A stretch of DNA of 48,344 bases from the IMG/VR virus record IMGVR_UViG_3300046781_000048. One strand, 5' to 3'. A program made the position numbers and the translations under genes. The notes beneath the pieces are model-generated. The model worked only from the letters and a program-made list of their open reading frames with translations. It was not told the DNA's origin and searched no databases. This document shows positions 33,251 to 42,105 of the stretch, piece by piece; positions within the stretch are counted from its first letter, which is position 1, and each line of letters begins with the position of its first letter. Origin of the DNA: a virus.

Positions 33251-33808
33251 ATGCCCACAACTGATTCAATCGCAGACAGAGCATGGCTCGCTTATCAGTG
33301 TCTCCCCCGAGACAAAGCGGGAAATCTCCCCAGCGTTAGGACACTCGAAGACGCTTACGATCTGTCTCGCTCGATGCTCTCGCGCCTCTTTAGTGGAGAG
33401 CGAACGAAGCTGCAGCCGGCGACTTGGCCTAAAGTCGCTCTCGCTCTGCGCGCTCCAACAATTTGGCTGATGCAGGGCGAAGGCAAAGGGCCAACGATTG
33501 TTGGCGCACTGCCCCCGCTTCGCCCAGGTACGAAGCGAATGAAGCATGGCGACCATCCTGACTGGTACGCAGCAGCGGAGCAGGGCGAAGCGCTAAAGCT
33601 CGTTCAGCCCGAAGCGTATCTAGCTGGCGCAGACCTTCCTATGTTCCGTCAGATCGAAGTGATGACCCCTAAGCTAGCAACCTGGATCGCTGGCTATGCA
33701 TGGGAGACTTCGACCCGTCAGCAGCAGGCGCGCTACTCGACGCAGTATGCGCGGCAAACTTTCCCAGGGCATACGCGCAAGACACTACCGCTGCGCATGC
33801 AGCGCTGA
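33251..33808 (+). CDS. HTH transcriptional regulator (repressor candidate)
   Basis: Cro/C1-like HTH around VRTLEDAYDLSRSMLSRLFSGER. First rightward gene at the switch. No S24 peptidase motif seen. Confidence 0.55.
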   Translation: MPTTDSIADRAWLAYQCLPRDKAGNLPSVRTLEDAYDLSRSMLSRLFSGERTKLQPATWPKVALALRAPTIWLMQGEGKGPTIVGALPPLRPGTKRMKHGDHPDWYAAAEQGEALKLVQPEAYLAGADLPMFRQIEVMTPKLATWIAGYAWETSTRQQQARYSTQYARQTFPGHTRKTLPLRMQR

Positions 33809-33838
33809 CGATCAAAGGAAGGGAAAGGGGCAGGGCTA

Positions 33839-34885
33839 GTGGTCTGGAAAAAGCGACTCAGCGAAGAAGATTCTGCAGCGCTGCAGGCGGAGATGCAGGC
33901 TGCGTTAGATGCGGCGAAGGCGAGCGGCATTCGCTTTCCAACGAAGCGCCTGCACGAATTGACCGGCATCAATAAAACCTACTTATGGAAGCTGTCGCAC
34001 GGGAGATCGAAGACGACGCTTCCCATGTCGAACAAGATTCGCGATGGGCTGCGCGCCATGCTGAAGGCGCCTGCGCCTGCGCCTGCGCCTGAGGTAAAGG
34101 ACCGTTCGAATCGCCTTCGCGATCCTAAGACAGACCGTCGCTCGCCTGCGCGCGCGCAACTGAATGCGAGCCTGCGAGGTTCGCAGGCGCCTACGCGCGC
34201 GCGCTTGATCGCCTTCATGCAGGCGCATCATTTGGGACGCGCTGCCATCGCAGAGCGCTCGAAGGTCTGCCATGAGACTTCGCTAGGGTACTTCCTAGGG
34301 GGCGCGTTCATGCGCCCGAAGAACTATCAGAAGCTGGTCGCCTGGCTCGATGGGCAGGGCGCTCCGCCTGCGCCCGCTACGCCTGCTGCTGCTGCGCCTG
34401 TCGCTGCTGCGCAGCAGAAGAAGAAGATTACTAGGCCCCTGCGCACGGTAACAAACGAAGCGCTTCGCGAGTCGCAGGCGCCCATGCGCGAACGGCTGCG
34501 CGATCATCTCGCATCGCATAACCTCGCAGCGAGCGCATTCGCTAGGCGCGCAGGGGTTACTGAGAGCGTCGTTAGGTCGTTCCTAAGCGGGAAGTATCTT
34601 AAGAAGCAAGTGCACGCGGCGAAGGTCAGCGTAGCGCTCGACAAGGAAGCGAACGGCGCGACGTCGATCGTCCGTCAACCGTCGCTCCCCTTCCCAGAGA
34701 CGGGCAGCGTCATCGCAGTAGCAGCTCGCATGCATAGCCTGCGCATCGAGCGATCGCCAATCGAAGCAAGGCAGGAGGGGGAGGGCAGCGCGCGCACGAT
34801 CGCGCTCTCGGTCTTAAATAAGCTAAGCATTGAAGCAGTCGAGGCATTGATCAAAATCGCAAAGTCATCAGACGAAGGGGAGTAA
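33839..34885 (+). CDS. Multi-HTH DNA-binding protein (three HTH-like modules)
   Basis: GTG start. Modules LRGSQAPTRARLIAFMQAHHLGRAAIAERS... and LRESQAPMRERLRDHLASHNLAASAFARRA... are clear internal repeats. Confidence 0.55.
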   Translation: MVWKKRLSEEDSAALQAEMQAALDAAKASGIRFPTKRLHELTGINKTYLWKLSHGRSKTTLPMSNKIRDGLRAMLKAPAPAPAPEVKDRSNRLRDPKTDRRSPARAQLNASLRGSQAPTRARLIAFMQAHHLGRAAIAERSKVCHETSLGYFLGGAFMRPKNYQKLVAWLDGQGAPPAPATPAAAAPVAAAQQKKKITRPLRTVTNEALRESQAPMRERLRDHLASHNLAASAFARRAGVTESVVRSFLSGKYLKKQVHAAKVSVALDKEANGATSIVRQPSLPFPETGSVIAVAARMHSLRIERSPIEARQEGEGSARTIALSVLNKLSIEAVEALIKIAKSSDEGE

Positions 34886-34891
34886 AGGGCC

Positions 34892-35530
34892 ATGATCGAA
34901 CGAAAGCAAACCGCTGCCATGACCGAAGCGGAGGCGACCGAGCTGCGCGCAGCGGTCAAGAAAGCGAAAGAGGCGTCAACGCGCAGCAGCCTCGCTCTCG
35001 CAGAGCTGCTCTTTAAGGTCTGCTACGGCAGCGTGCGAAAGGGGGGAGCGGACATCGATCTAGCGCTCGCCTGGGGGCATGACGACTTCGACGAATTCGC
35101 AGAGCATGAACTAGAGATCCATCAAACAACGGCGCGCAGCCTGGTCGTTCTCTGGGAAGAACTATTCGAGCGTCGACGCTACTCGATCGATAACCTGCCG
35201 CATTCGATGACGAAGCTGCGCCAGCTGGCGAAGGTATCGAAGAAGGCAGGGACGGACGGTCGTACGATGAACGGATGGGTAGCGAAGGCGCGCGAGATGA
35301 GCTGCTGCGAATTCGAGGCAGCCGTCGATGATGCCTTCGGCGAGAGCAAAAAATATCGGCCGCTCGGGTTTCGCGTAAAGCTCTCGAAATTCCCTGCATT
35401 CATGAAGCGGGTCAAGAGCGCGCGCGATTCATTCGGCGTGCAGTCGAACGGCGAAGCGCTCTCGATGATCGTCGATGAGTGGTACGAGCAGCATCAAAAG
35501 GAAGACCGGACCCGTAAGAAATCGGCCTAA
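34892..35530 (+). CDS. Hypothetical protein (212 aa)
   Basis: ORF with typical codon usage, followed by a strong terminator. Confidence 0.55.
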   Translation: MIERKQTAAMTEAEATELRAAVKKAKEASTRSSLALAELLFKVCYGSVRKGGADIDLALAWGHDDFDEFAEHELEIHQTTARSLVVLWEELFERRRYSIDNLPHSMTKLRQLAKVSKKAGTDGRTMNGWVAKAREMSCCEFEAAVDDAFGESKKYRPLGFRVKLSKFPAFMKRVKSARDSFGVQSNGEALSMIVDEWYEQHQKEDRTRKKSA

Positions 35531-35557
35531 GGTCGATCGGCAAATCCCCGATCGGAA

Positions 35558-35600
35558 ACGCGCAGGGCGGAAAATCTCTCCGCTGCTGCGCGTTTTTTTT
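35558..35600 (+). terminator. Rho-independent terminator
   Basis: ACGCGCAG/CTGCGCGT outer stem plus a GCGG/CCGC inner stem, followed by T8 (35593..35600). Confidence 0.75.
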
Positions 35601-35649
35601 CGTAACGCATTCGTTTCGGGCTGTTCATCGATCGACTTTTGGCCGATCG

Positions 35650-36108
35650 TTGCGCCGGAAAATGCGAGCTAGCCGCGAACGAATCGCGACGGCGCTGCAG
35701 ACGGGGGGCGCTATCGATCTTGAAGCCATTGCGCAGGATATCTACGCGCGCGCATCGCTGCGCTCCTACGATGATCCCAGCCACATCGTGCTGGCGCTGC
35801 GCTACGAGCTGCATCGTCCGACGCATGCGCCCTACCGCGCATGCGTCGACGGTCGCATGATGATCGTTCGATGGGACCCGGACGAATGGAAGCTGAATAC
35901 GTTCATCGGTCTGGCGATCGCAGCGTTCGGAGAAGCGCGCATCATCGCGACCGATGATGACGTCTGCCGTCTCGCTCGCTCTCTCGCAGTGCGACCGGGT
36001 CGCCCCTTGCCATCGCTGCCCGATTGGTTTGTGCGCGCGCATCGGCGGAGTCTTGGATTCTCCACAGGCTCGGGGGTTTTCCTGGCGCTCTCGCGCGCGA
36101 TGCCCTGA
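35650..36108 (+). CDS. Hypothetical protein (152 aa)
   Basis: Plus frame has coding-like codon usage. The competing minus ORF 35527..36180 is Arg-rich. Confidence 0.5.
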   Translation: MRRKMRASRERIATALQTGGAIDLEAIAQDIYARASLRSYDDPSHIVLALRYELHRPTHAPYRACVDGRMMIVRWDPDEWKLNTFIGLAIAAFGEARIIATDDDVCRLARSLAVRPGRPLPSLPDWFVRAHRRSLGFSTGSGVFLALSRAMP

Positions 36109-36169
36109 TATAGCCTGTCCTATCTGACTGCGCGGAGGCACTTGACTACGCGGTGTCACGCGCAGTAAG

Positions 36170-36487
36170 GTGCGACGCATGGGGCAGGGCGATCCGATCG
36201 ATCGTGATTTGGGTAACCGCGACGCAGTCGAAGCGTCGCTGCTGCCCGTCGCAGATGATCTCGATAGGCGCGCAGCGGAGGTAGAAGAAGCGATCGCGCT
36301 GACGAAGCGCGCAGCCTTCGCTGCGAAAGAGGCGAAGTCCTACGAGACGGCAGCGCTGCTCTTCGAGCAATGCGCCAGCGCTTACGTCAAGGCGTTCGGT
36401 CCGTCGCATCATCGGGCGCTCGACTTCGCCTGTCGCGCATCCGCCTGCAGCTCGCTCGCAGCTATCCAACGAAGGGGGAAGAAATGA
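36170..36487 (+). CDS. Hypothetical helical protein (105 aa)
   Basis: ORF coupled to the next gene by an ATGA overlap. Confidence 0.5.
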   Translation: MRRMGQGDPIDRDLGNRDAVEASLLPVADDLDRRAAEVEEAIALTKRAAFAAKEAKSYETAALLFEQCASAYVKAFGPSHHRALDFACRASACSSLAAIQRRGKK

Positions 36488-36795
36488 CCTACGCGTCGCT
36501 GCACATGTCAGTAAGGGCGCTGCTGAATGGTACGGCGCATCGCTCGTTCGTCGTCTCTGTCCGGACAGAGGAGCATCATCCGCAGAGGATCGACGTGGGC
36601 TACGACGTCTGCATCCATCGCATGCAGGGCGACCCGCTGCATTTTCACTCGATGGAACCTAAGCGCCTACTCTCGTTCGTTCGGCGCGCCGTCGACAGCG
36701 GGGACATCGACGGCGATTCTCGCCCTGACTTCGGTAATCCGCCCGAGCTGCTGCGCGCGATTGGCTCCCTTCCCCTGCTGCGAAGGGTCAAGTAA
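36484..36795 (+). CDS. Hypothetical protein (103 aa)
   Basis: The start at 36484 overlaps the upstream stop. Its own stop overlaps the exonuclease ATG (TAATG). Confidence 0.5.
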   Translation: MTYASLHMSVRALLNGTAHRSFVVSVRTEEHHPQRIDVGYDVCIHRMQGDPLHFHSMEPKRLLSFVRRAVDSGDIDGDSRPDFGNPPELLRAIGSLPLLRRVK

Positions 36796-37931
36796 TGATC
36801 CGTCAGCCCGCGACGCTCCGTCAGCCTACGCTGCTGCGCGCGAGTCGCATGCCGCTAGCATTCAAATGCCCCGGGTCGCTCGTCCCTCCGTCGATACCGA
36901 TCGCAGAAGATGGCTACGAGGCAGCCGTAGGGACGGCCGTCCATGCGGTGCTGCGATCGCTCGCAGAAAAGGGTGACGTCGAATGGCATCGCATCCCTGA
37001 CGTAGCAGCGGCGCATGGGGTCGACGCAGACGATGTCTTGATGCTCGTCAGAATGGCTCGCGTTCTCTGGCCTAGCTTGGCTGAGAGCTTCGCGAACGCG
37101 CAGACGGAAGTCCCGCTCATCGTAGACCTGGGCGATGGGGTAACGCTCTCCGGTCATGCAGACCTATTGTCGCTGCACGATACGATCGCGAGGGGGGCTG
37201 ACTGGAAAACCGGGCGCAGCGATGACGACTACGGCGCGCAGATGCGCGCTTATGCAGCGCTCATCATGCTGGAAAATCCGCAGCTCGTAGAGGTTACCTT
37301 TACCGTCGTCTGGATTCGCGAAGGCGAAATCGAAAACTATACGATGGATAGTACGGGCCTTAGCGCCTGGCTAACCGAGCTGCGATCGAGAGTCATCGAA
37401 TGGGATGGCGTCTACCATCCTGGTAAGCAGTGCAGGTATTGCCCCCGGTCGCACGAATGCGACGCGCGTAACGCTCTCGTTCGGGCCGACATCGCAGCGC
37501 TACGAGACAAGGGCCTAGCCGATCACATGGAGTCGACGCTCTCTCTCATGCGAGCAGAGCAGATTATCGAGCTGCATCGACAGGCAGAGTCAGTGCTCGA
37601 CAATGCGACCAGGGTACGGGCAGCCATCAAGGCGCATGTGATAGCCAGGGGCGACATTCTAGGGAGCGGGACCAGGCTAACGATTACGACGCAGCAGCGG
37701 CGAGAGCTTCTCCCCGAGAAGGCATGGCCCCTGCTCGAAGATGCAGGGTTTGAATCAGCCGACTTCGCAGCCTGCATCGACCTTCATATCTCGCGAGTCG
37801 AAAAGACCATTGCAACGAAAGCGGGCAGAGGTAAGGGCGCTAGTGCAGTGCGCGCGCTTACGTCGCAGCTCGAAGCAGCAGGCGCAATCAACGTAAAGGA
37901 GCAGCACACGCTGACGGTTCGACGGACCTAA
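36795..37931 (+). CDS. Cas4/RecB-like PD-(D/E)XK exonuclease with a Fe-S cysteine cluster
   Basis: GHADLL ... DWKTG ... QMRAYAAL motifs. Cys in FKCPGS plus CRYCPRSHEC (C-x2-C-x5-C). Confidence 0.75.
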   Translation: MIRQPATLRQPTLLRASRMPLAFKCPGSLVPPSIPIAEDGYEAAVGTAVHAVLRSLAEKGDVEWHRIPDVAAAHGVDADDVLMLVRMARVLWPSLAESFANAQTEVPLIVDLGDGVTLSGHADLLSLHDTIARGADWKTGRSDDDYGAQMRAYAALIMLENPQLVEVTFTVVWIREGEIENYTMDSTGLSAWLTELRSRVIEWDGVYHPGKQCRYCPRSHECDARNALVRADIAALRDKGLADHMESTLSLMRAEQIIELHRQAESVLDNATRVRAAIKAHVIARGDILGSGTRLTITTQQRRELLPEKAWPLLEDAGFESADFAACIDLHISRVEKTIATKAGRGKGASAVRALTSQLEAAGAINVKEQHTLTVRRT

Positions 37932-38144
37932 AGACTTCGCATGGGAGTTTACCTGCGCGCTTTTTGATTTGGTGGGGCGCGCAGGGTTTGGCCCATGAGT
38001 AGCTGCGCAGCGGTCGCTCGCAGGCGGAGAAAATAAAGCGACCGCAGTCCTGCTGCCTCTAGTTCATGGGCGATTGTGCGGGTCGCGCCGTACCAGTGCA
38101 GGCAAAAACGGCGCACTTTCTCTAACCGATAGTGGGGTAATCCA

Positions 38145-38948
38145 ATGGATGAAATCCTCGATAGTGAGGACAGGGCGATCGTTCGCGTCGAGCAGACGGC
38201 GATCGGTGCAATCGTTCGGAGCGAAGTCGAAGCGCAGCTAGACGCAGCGCACAAATATAAGCGCTCGCTCTCGCGCTTCTTACATGAAGCAGAGACACTC
38301 GCAACGCTGACGCAAGAGGTAGCAGAGAGCTGCATCTATTCTATCCCGCGCGATGGGAAGATGATCTCTGGTCCATCTGTGCGCCTCGCAGAGATCTGCG
38401 CCAGTGCCTACGGCAATCTGCATTTCGGGGGGCGCGTCATCGATGACGAAGGAAAGGAAATCGTCGCGCAGGGCGGAGCATGGGACCTAGAGAAAAATCT
38501 CCGCGTTACCGTCGAGACCCGTAGACGCATTACGAAGAAGAACGGAACGCGGTTTTCCGACGATATGGTTACGGTAACGGGTAACGCAGCGGTTTCGATC
38601 GCGATGCGTAACGCCGTTATGCGCGTCATCCCTCGCAGCTACATCGACAGCGTCTATCAAAAAGTTCGGACGGTCGCAGTAGGCGAAGCGAAGACGCTCG
38701 TTACCAGGCGAACCGAAATCCTATCGAGGCTGAATAAGATCGGGGTCTCGACAGAGAGAGTGCTGCTGCGCCTCGATAAGAAGGGACCCGATGATATCGG
38801 GCTAGAAGATCTCGAGATGCTCATCGGGCTGGGGACTTCGATCAAAGATGGGACGATGCCCATTGACGAAGCATTCCCTGCGCCTGCTCCGCCTGCGCCT
38901 GCAGCAGCAGCCGACGATGGTAAGCGCATCAGCATCAAGGGTCAGTGA
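38145..38948 (+). CDS. Putative single-strand annealing protein (RecT-like?)
   Basis: Sits next to the exonuclease. GPSVRLAEI and AVSIAMRNAVMRVIP segments are reminiscent of RecT-type proteins. Assignment is tentative. Confidence 0.45.
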   Translation: MDEILDSEDRAIVRVEQTAIGAIVRSEVEAQLDAAHKYKRSLSRFLHEAETLATLTQEVAESCIYSIPRDGKMISGPSVRLAEICASAYGNLHFGGRVIDDEGKEIVAQGGAWDLEKNLRVTVETRRRITKKNGTRFSDDMVTVTGNAAVSIAMRNAVMRVIPRSYIDSVYQKVRTVAVGEAKTLVTRRTEILSRLNKIGVSTERVLLRLDKKGPDDIGLEDLEMLIGLGTSIKDGTMPIDEAFPAPAPPAPAAAADDGKRISIKGQ

Positions 38949-39043
38949 TGGATTGCGGCGATTGGTTTCTACTCTGCCTATCGGTCGCTGCCATTCTCAT
39001 CATGGGTATCGCGGTAGGCATCATGCTCGATAGGCATTTCTAA
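38948..39043 (+). CDS. Unlisted 31-aa hydrophobic peptide
   Basis: My own translation is MDCGDWFLLCLSVAAILIMGIAVGIMLDRHF. The ATG overlaps the upstream TGA. Confidence 0.3.
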   Translation: MDCGDWFLLCLSVAAILIMGIAVGIMLDRHF

Positions 39044-39054
39044 AGGGGGAAAGG

Positions 39055-40032
39055 ATGGGATGCGCCATGGCTACGACGAAGGCGAACGGAGCGACCCCGA
39101 TGAAAGGAGCGCAGCGGCAGACGCAGACCCGGGTCGATACGATCCTTGTCTCGCAGCAGCTTATCGCGTCATGGCGCATCCCTCCTTTTCAGCGACCTAT
39201 CAGGGTCAACGCGAAAGTGCTCGAGCTGGTCGAAGCATTCAAAGTCGACGGCGGAGTTTTCCCAGGGATCCTAACCGTTGGGATCCTAGGGGGCGAAACC
39301 TTCATTGTCGACGGGCAGCATCGAGTCGAGGCATTCAAGCTATCGGAGATAACGGAGGGGTATAGCGACGTCCGCTATCGCTACTATGAATCGATGGCAG
39401 AGATGGCAGAAGACTTCGTGCGCCTGAATTCGCAGCTCGTAAAGATGCGCCCGGACGATATTCTGCGCGGGCTAGAGGCGACCAGCGGACCCCTTCAGAT
39501 CATCCGAGAGCGCTGCGCCTTCGTCGGCTATGACCAGATTCGCAGGGGCAGAGGGTCGACCGCTATCGTCTCTGCGTCGATGCTGCTGCGCAGCTGGATC
39601 GGATCGATACGCGCGACTCCGCAGACGATGACCTGCAGCGTCGTCGATTTGCTTCGGGGTCTTACCTCCGAAGAAGCGGGCTACTGCGTCGAATTTCTGC
39701 AGCTGGCAGAGAAGGCATGGGGGCGAGACCCCGAGTATGGGCGACTCTGGGGGCTGCTGAACCTAACGATTTGCGCCTGGCTCTATCGACGCACAGTCAT
39801 GGCTACCTATTCAGCGAAGACCCCGAAGCTATCGAAGGATATTTTTCGCAAGTGTTTGATCGGGCTGTCGGCTGACGCGAACTATACCGAATGGCTCGTA
39901 GGCCGGAACATGTCCGATCGCGATCGGTCGCCTTGCTACGGTAAGATCAAGTCGATCTTTGCGCGCTCGCTCGAACGCGAACTAGGGAAGAAAATCTATA
40001 TGCCGAAACCCGAATGGGCGACGGCCAAATAA
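39055..40032 (+). CDS. DGQHR-domain protein (DndB / ParB-N-terminal-like)
   Basis: PPFQRPIR ... FIVDGQHRVEAF signature. AAGGGGGAAAGG SD. Confidence 0.7.
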   Translation: MGCAMATTKANGATPMKGAQRQTQTRVDTILVSQQLIASWRIPPFQRPIRVNAKVLELVEAFKVDGGVFPGILTVGILGGETFIVDGQHRVEAFKLSEITEGYSDVRYRYYESMAEMAEDFVRLNSQLVKMRPDDILRGLEATSGPLQIIRERCAFVGYDQIRRGRGSTAIVSASMLLRSWIGSIRATPQTMTCSVVDLLRGLTSEEAGYCVEFLQLAEKAWGRDPEYGRLWGLLNLTICAWLYRRTVMATYSAKTPKLSKDIFRKCLIGLSADANYTEWLVGRNMSDRDRSPCYGKIKSIFARSLERELGKKIYMPKPEWATAK

Positions 40033-40043
40033 AGGGGGCTGCG

Positions 40044-40445
40044 ATGCGATGGATCCACAATGACGAGCACTCACTAGTAGAAGACCCGAAGGGGGTAGTA
40101 ATTGCGACCGTACATTTTCCCGTCTACGGCGCGCTGATAAGCGCTTCGCCTGCGCTGCTCGAAGCGCTAGAGCTAGCGCGCCTGCACTTCGATGAACTGC
40201 AGCAGATGCGCGACGGTCCCCCGAGAGCTTCGACCGTCTACGTCGTAGCCCAGGTCGATGCAGCGATCGCGCTCGCCAGGGCGCAAGCGGATAGCCCTGA
40301 CCTGGGCGACGAAGATAGGGAGCGCGGTCCCGATATGGGCGATGAAGACCGAGAGAGGGGCCCAGACATGGGCGACGAAGATAGGGAGAAGGGCCCCGAT
40401 ATGGGGGACGAAGACCCGGAACCTGACCCGCTGCTGGGCAAATAG
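40044..40445 (+). CDS. Acidic protein with a C-terminal GDEDRERGPDM tandem repeat
   Basis: The ATG at 40044 is preceded by AAGGGGG. The listed ORF starts at 40014. Confidence 0.55.
   Translation: MRWIHNDEHSLVEDPKGVVIATVHFPVYGALISASPALLEALELARLHFDELQQMRDGPPRASTVYVVAQVDAAIALARAQADSPDLGDEDRERGPDMGDEDRERGPDMGDEDREKGPDMGDEDPEPDPLLGK
40305..40436 (+). repeat. 33-bp tandem repeat, three full copies plus one degenerate copy
   Basis: Units start at 40305, 40338, 40371 and 40404. The copies differ mainly at synonymous positions. Confidence 0.9.
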
Positions 40446-40540
40446 GGGGGGCTGAGACCCCGGTTTATATCTTTCTAGGGGGTATAGGTCATGACGCATA
40501 TTGATTTTATCGCATCGGTGCTACTCCATGGATTGGACCG

Positions 40541-42046
40541 ATGCGAAAAACCGAAGCAAAAACCAGCCAAAAAAACCATACCCCCTCCCCCAAAATCCTC
40601 CGCACCCTTGGCTATGCCAGGGTCTCGTCGCGAGAGCAGGCGCTTGGAACGTCACTCGATGACCAGAAAAACCGGCTAGAGAACGAAGCGAAGAAGCGCG
40701 GACTGCGCAAGGTCGATCGCTGCTTCGACGAAGCGGAGAGCGCCATCTATGAAAAGATGGAGCGTCGAGAGCAGATGATGCAGCTGATGGCTACGGCGCA
40801 GCCTGGCGATCTTGTGCTCTGCGATAAGGTCGATCGCTGGTCGCGCGACCCGGAAGTTACTTACCGGACGATGCGCCAGCTGAACGAGCGAGGGGTCAAG
40901 ATCTACTTCGTAGACGAAGGCATCGACCCTTCGACCCCCGAAGGCGACAGCATGCTGAATATGCGCGTGCTGATGGCGAAGGAAGAGCATAAGCGCCTGC
41001 GCCTGCGAACCCAGGGGACGAGAGCGCTGCTGCGAAATCAGGGTCTCTACGTCGAAGGGTCGATACCTATCGGGCTGCAGCGCCCGGACCATCCGAAGGA
41101 TCGGATCGACGCTAACATTCTCATCCCTTCGCCTGATGCCCCCATCATCATCGACTTTTTCAAGCGCGCTGCGAAGGGCTGGACGATCGCGCAGCTCGTT
41201 ACCTACGCGCAGGAGAAGTACCCAGGCAGACGATGGGCAGAGAATAAGATTCATCCCCTGCTGCGCAATCGCGTCTACATGGGGGAGATCAAATCGACAG
41301 ATGGAACATGGATTAAGGGGCGGCATGCGCCGCTAGTCTCGCCCGAGCTATTCGCGCAAGTGCAGCAGGGTTTCGCAGAGCGACGGACCAGGGGTAATAA
41401 GCCGCTGTCGGAGTCTCGAACGAATGCATGGCTGCTGCGCGCCTTCGCTCGCTGCCTGCAGTGCGGTCGCAGGATGGGCGCAGTCTACGGATACGGCGCT
41501 AGGGGACCAGGGATCCAAAACGATTACTACGCCTGTCATGGCAAATGCAGCGCTAGGCATGTCCGGGTAGACGCAGCCGATGCTGACGTCGGAGCGCAGA
41601 CGCTCGCCAGGCTGGTCGAGCTGCGCAGGGAACTAGCCGCCCCTCCCAAGAAAGAGAGCAAGGCGGAGGGACCAGCCGTCGACTTCGCGCAGGCGCGCGC
41701 CGTGCTGACGAAGAAGCGCGATACGCTGAACGACATGCGGATCGAAGGTAACGTTACGCTCGAAGACTATCACGCGCGCATGGGCAAGCTTGACGCGCAG
41801 CGCGCGAAGCTCGATGCAGCAGAGCGAGCGGCTGGACTTGCGAAGCGCAGCCCCCTGCAGGACGAGAAGCGCAGGCGCGCAACCCTAGAGCGGATCGCAG
41901 CGATAGAGAAGCAATGGGCAAGTCGGACCGTAGCGGAGCGCAGAGCGATCCTACATTCCCTCGCGACGTCCGTACGCATCGAGCGCGATAAGCCATCGGT
42001 CGTAGCCTGGCGAACGGCTGCGGAGCTAGCCGACGAGAAAGCCTGA
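40541..42046 (+). CDS. int: Large serine recombinase (integrase)
   Basis: LGYARVSSREQ catalytic-serine motif. 501 aa with CLQCG ... YYACHGKC zinc-ribbon and a coiled-coil C-terminal region. Confidence 0.85.
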   Translation: MRKTEAKTSQKNHTPSPKILRTLGYARVSSREQALGTSLDDQKNRLENEAKKRGLRKVDRCFDEAESAIYEKMERREQMMQLMATAQPGDLVLCDKVDRWSRDPEVTYRTMRQLNERGVKIYFVDEGIDPSTPEGDSMLNMRVLMAKEEHKRLRLRTQGTRALLRNQGLYVEGSIPIGLQRPDHPKDRIDANILIPSPDAPIIIDFFKRAAKGWTIAQLVTYAQEKYPGRRWAENKIHPLLRNRVYMGEIKSTDGTWIKGRHAPLVSPELFAQVQQGFAERRTRGNKPLSESRTNAWLLRAFARCLQCGRRMGAVYGYGARGPGIQNDYYACHGKCSARHVRVDAADADVGAQTLARLVELRRELAAPPKKESKAEGPAVDFAQARAVLTKKRDTLNDMRIEGNVTLEDYHARMGKLDAQRAKLDAAERAAGLAKRSPLQDEKRRRATLERIAAIEKQWASRTVAERRAILHSLATSVRIERDKPSVVAWRTAAELADEKA

Positions 42047-42105
42047 AAAGGGGAGTTATAAAGAGTTTACGCGGTTATAAATCGCGCGAATCCCCGGTAA
42101 ATCAT

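Noticed and set aside
35527-36180. Listed 217-aa minus-strand ORF.
   Set aside because: It is Arg-rich and antisense to the plus-strand operon. It also runs through a plus-strand terminator. The plus-frame ORF 35650..36108 has normal composition and codon usage.
37949-38335. Listed 128-aa minus-strand ORF between the exonuclease and annealing-protein genes.
   Set aside because: It is antisense to the operon, overlaps the start of 38145..38948, and is Ser/Cys/Arg-rich.
40491-40679. 62-aa ORF with a good SD overlapping the integrase 5-prime end. I considered a frameshift at the A7 tract (40573..40579) joining it to int.
   Set aside because: The tract does not form a canonical X_XXY_YYZ site in the upstream frame, and int has its own in-frame ATG at 40541. 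It could still reflect a homopolymer sequencing error, but there is no positive evidence.
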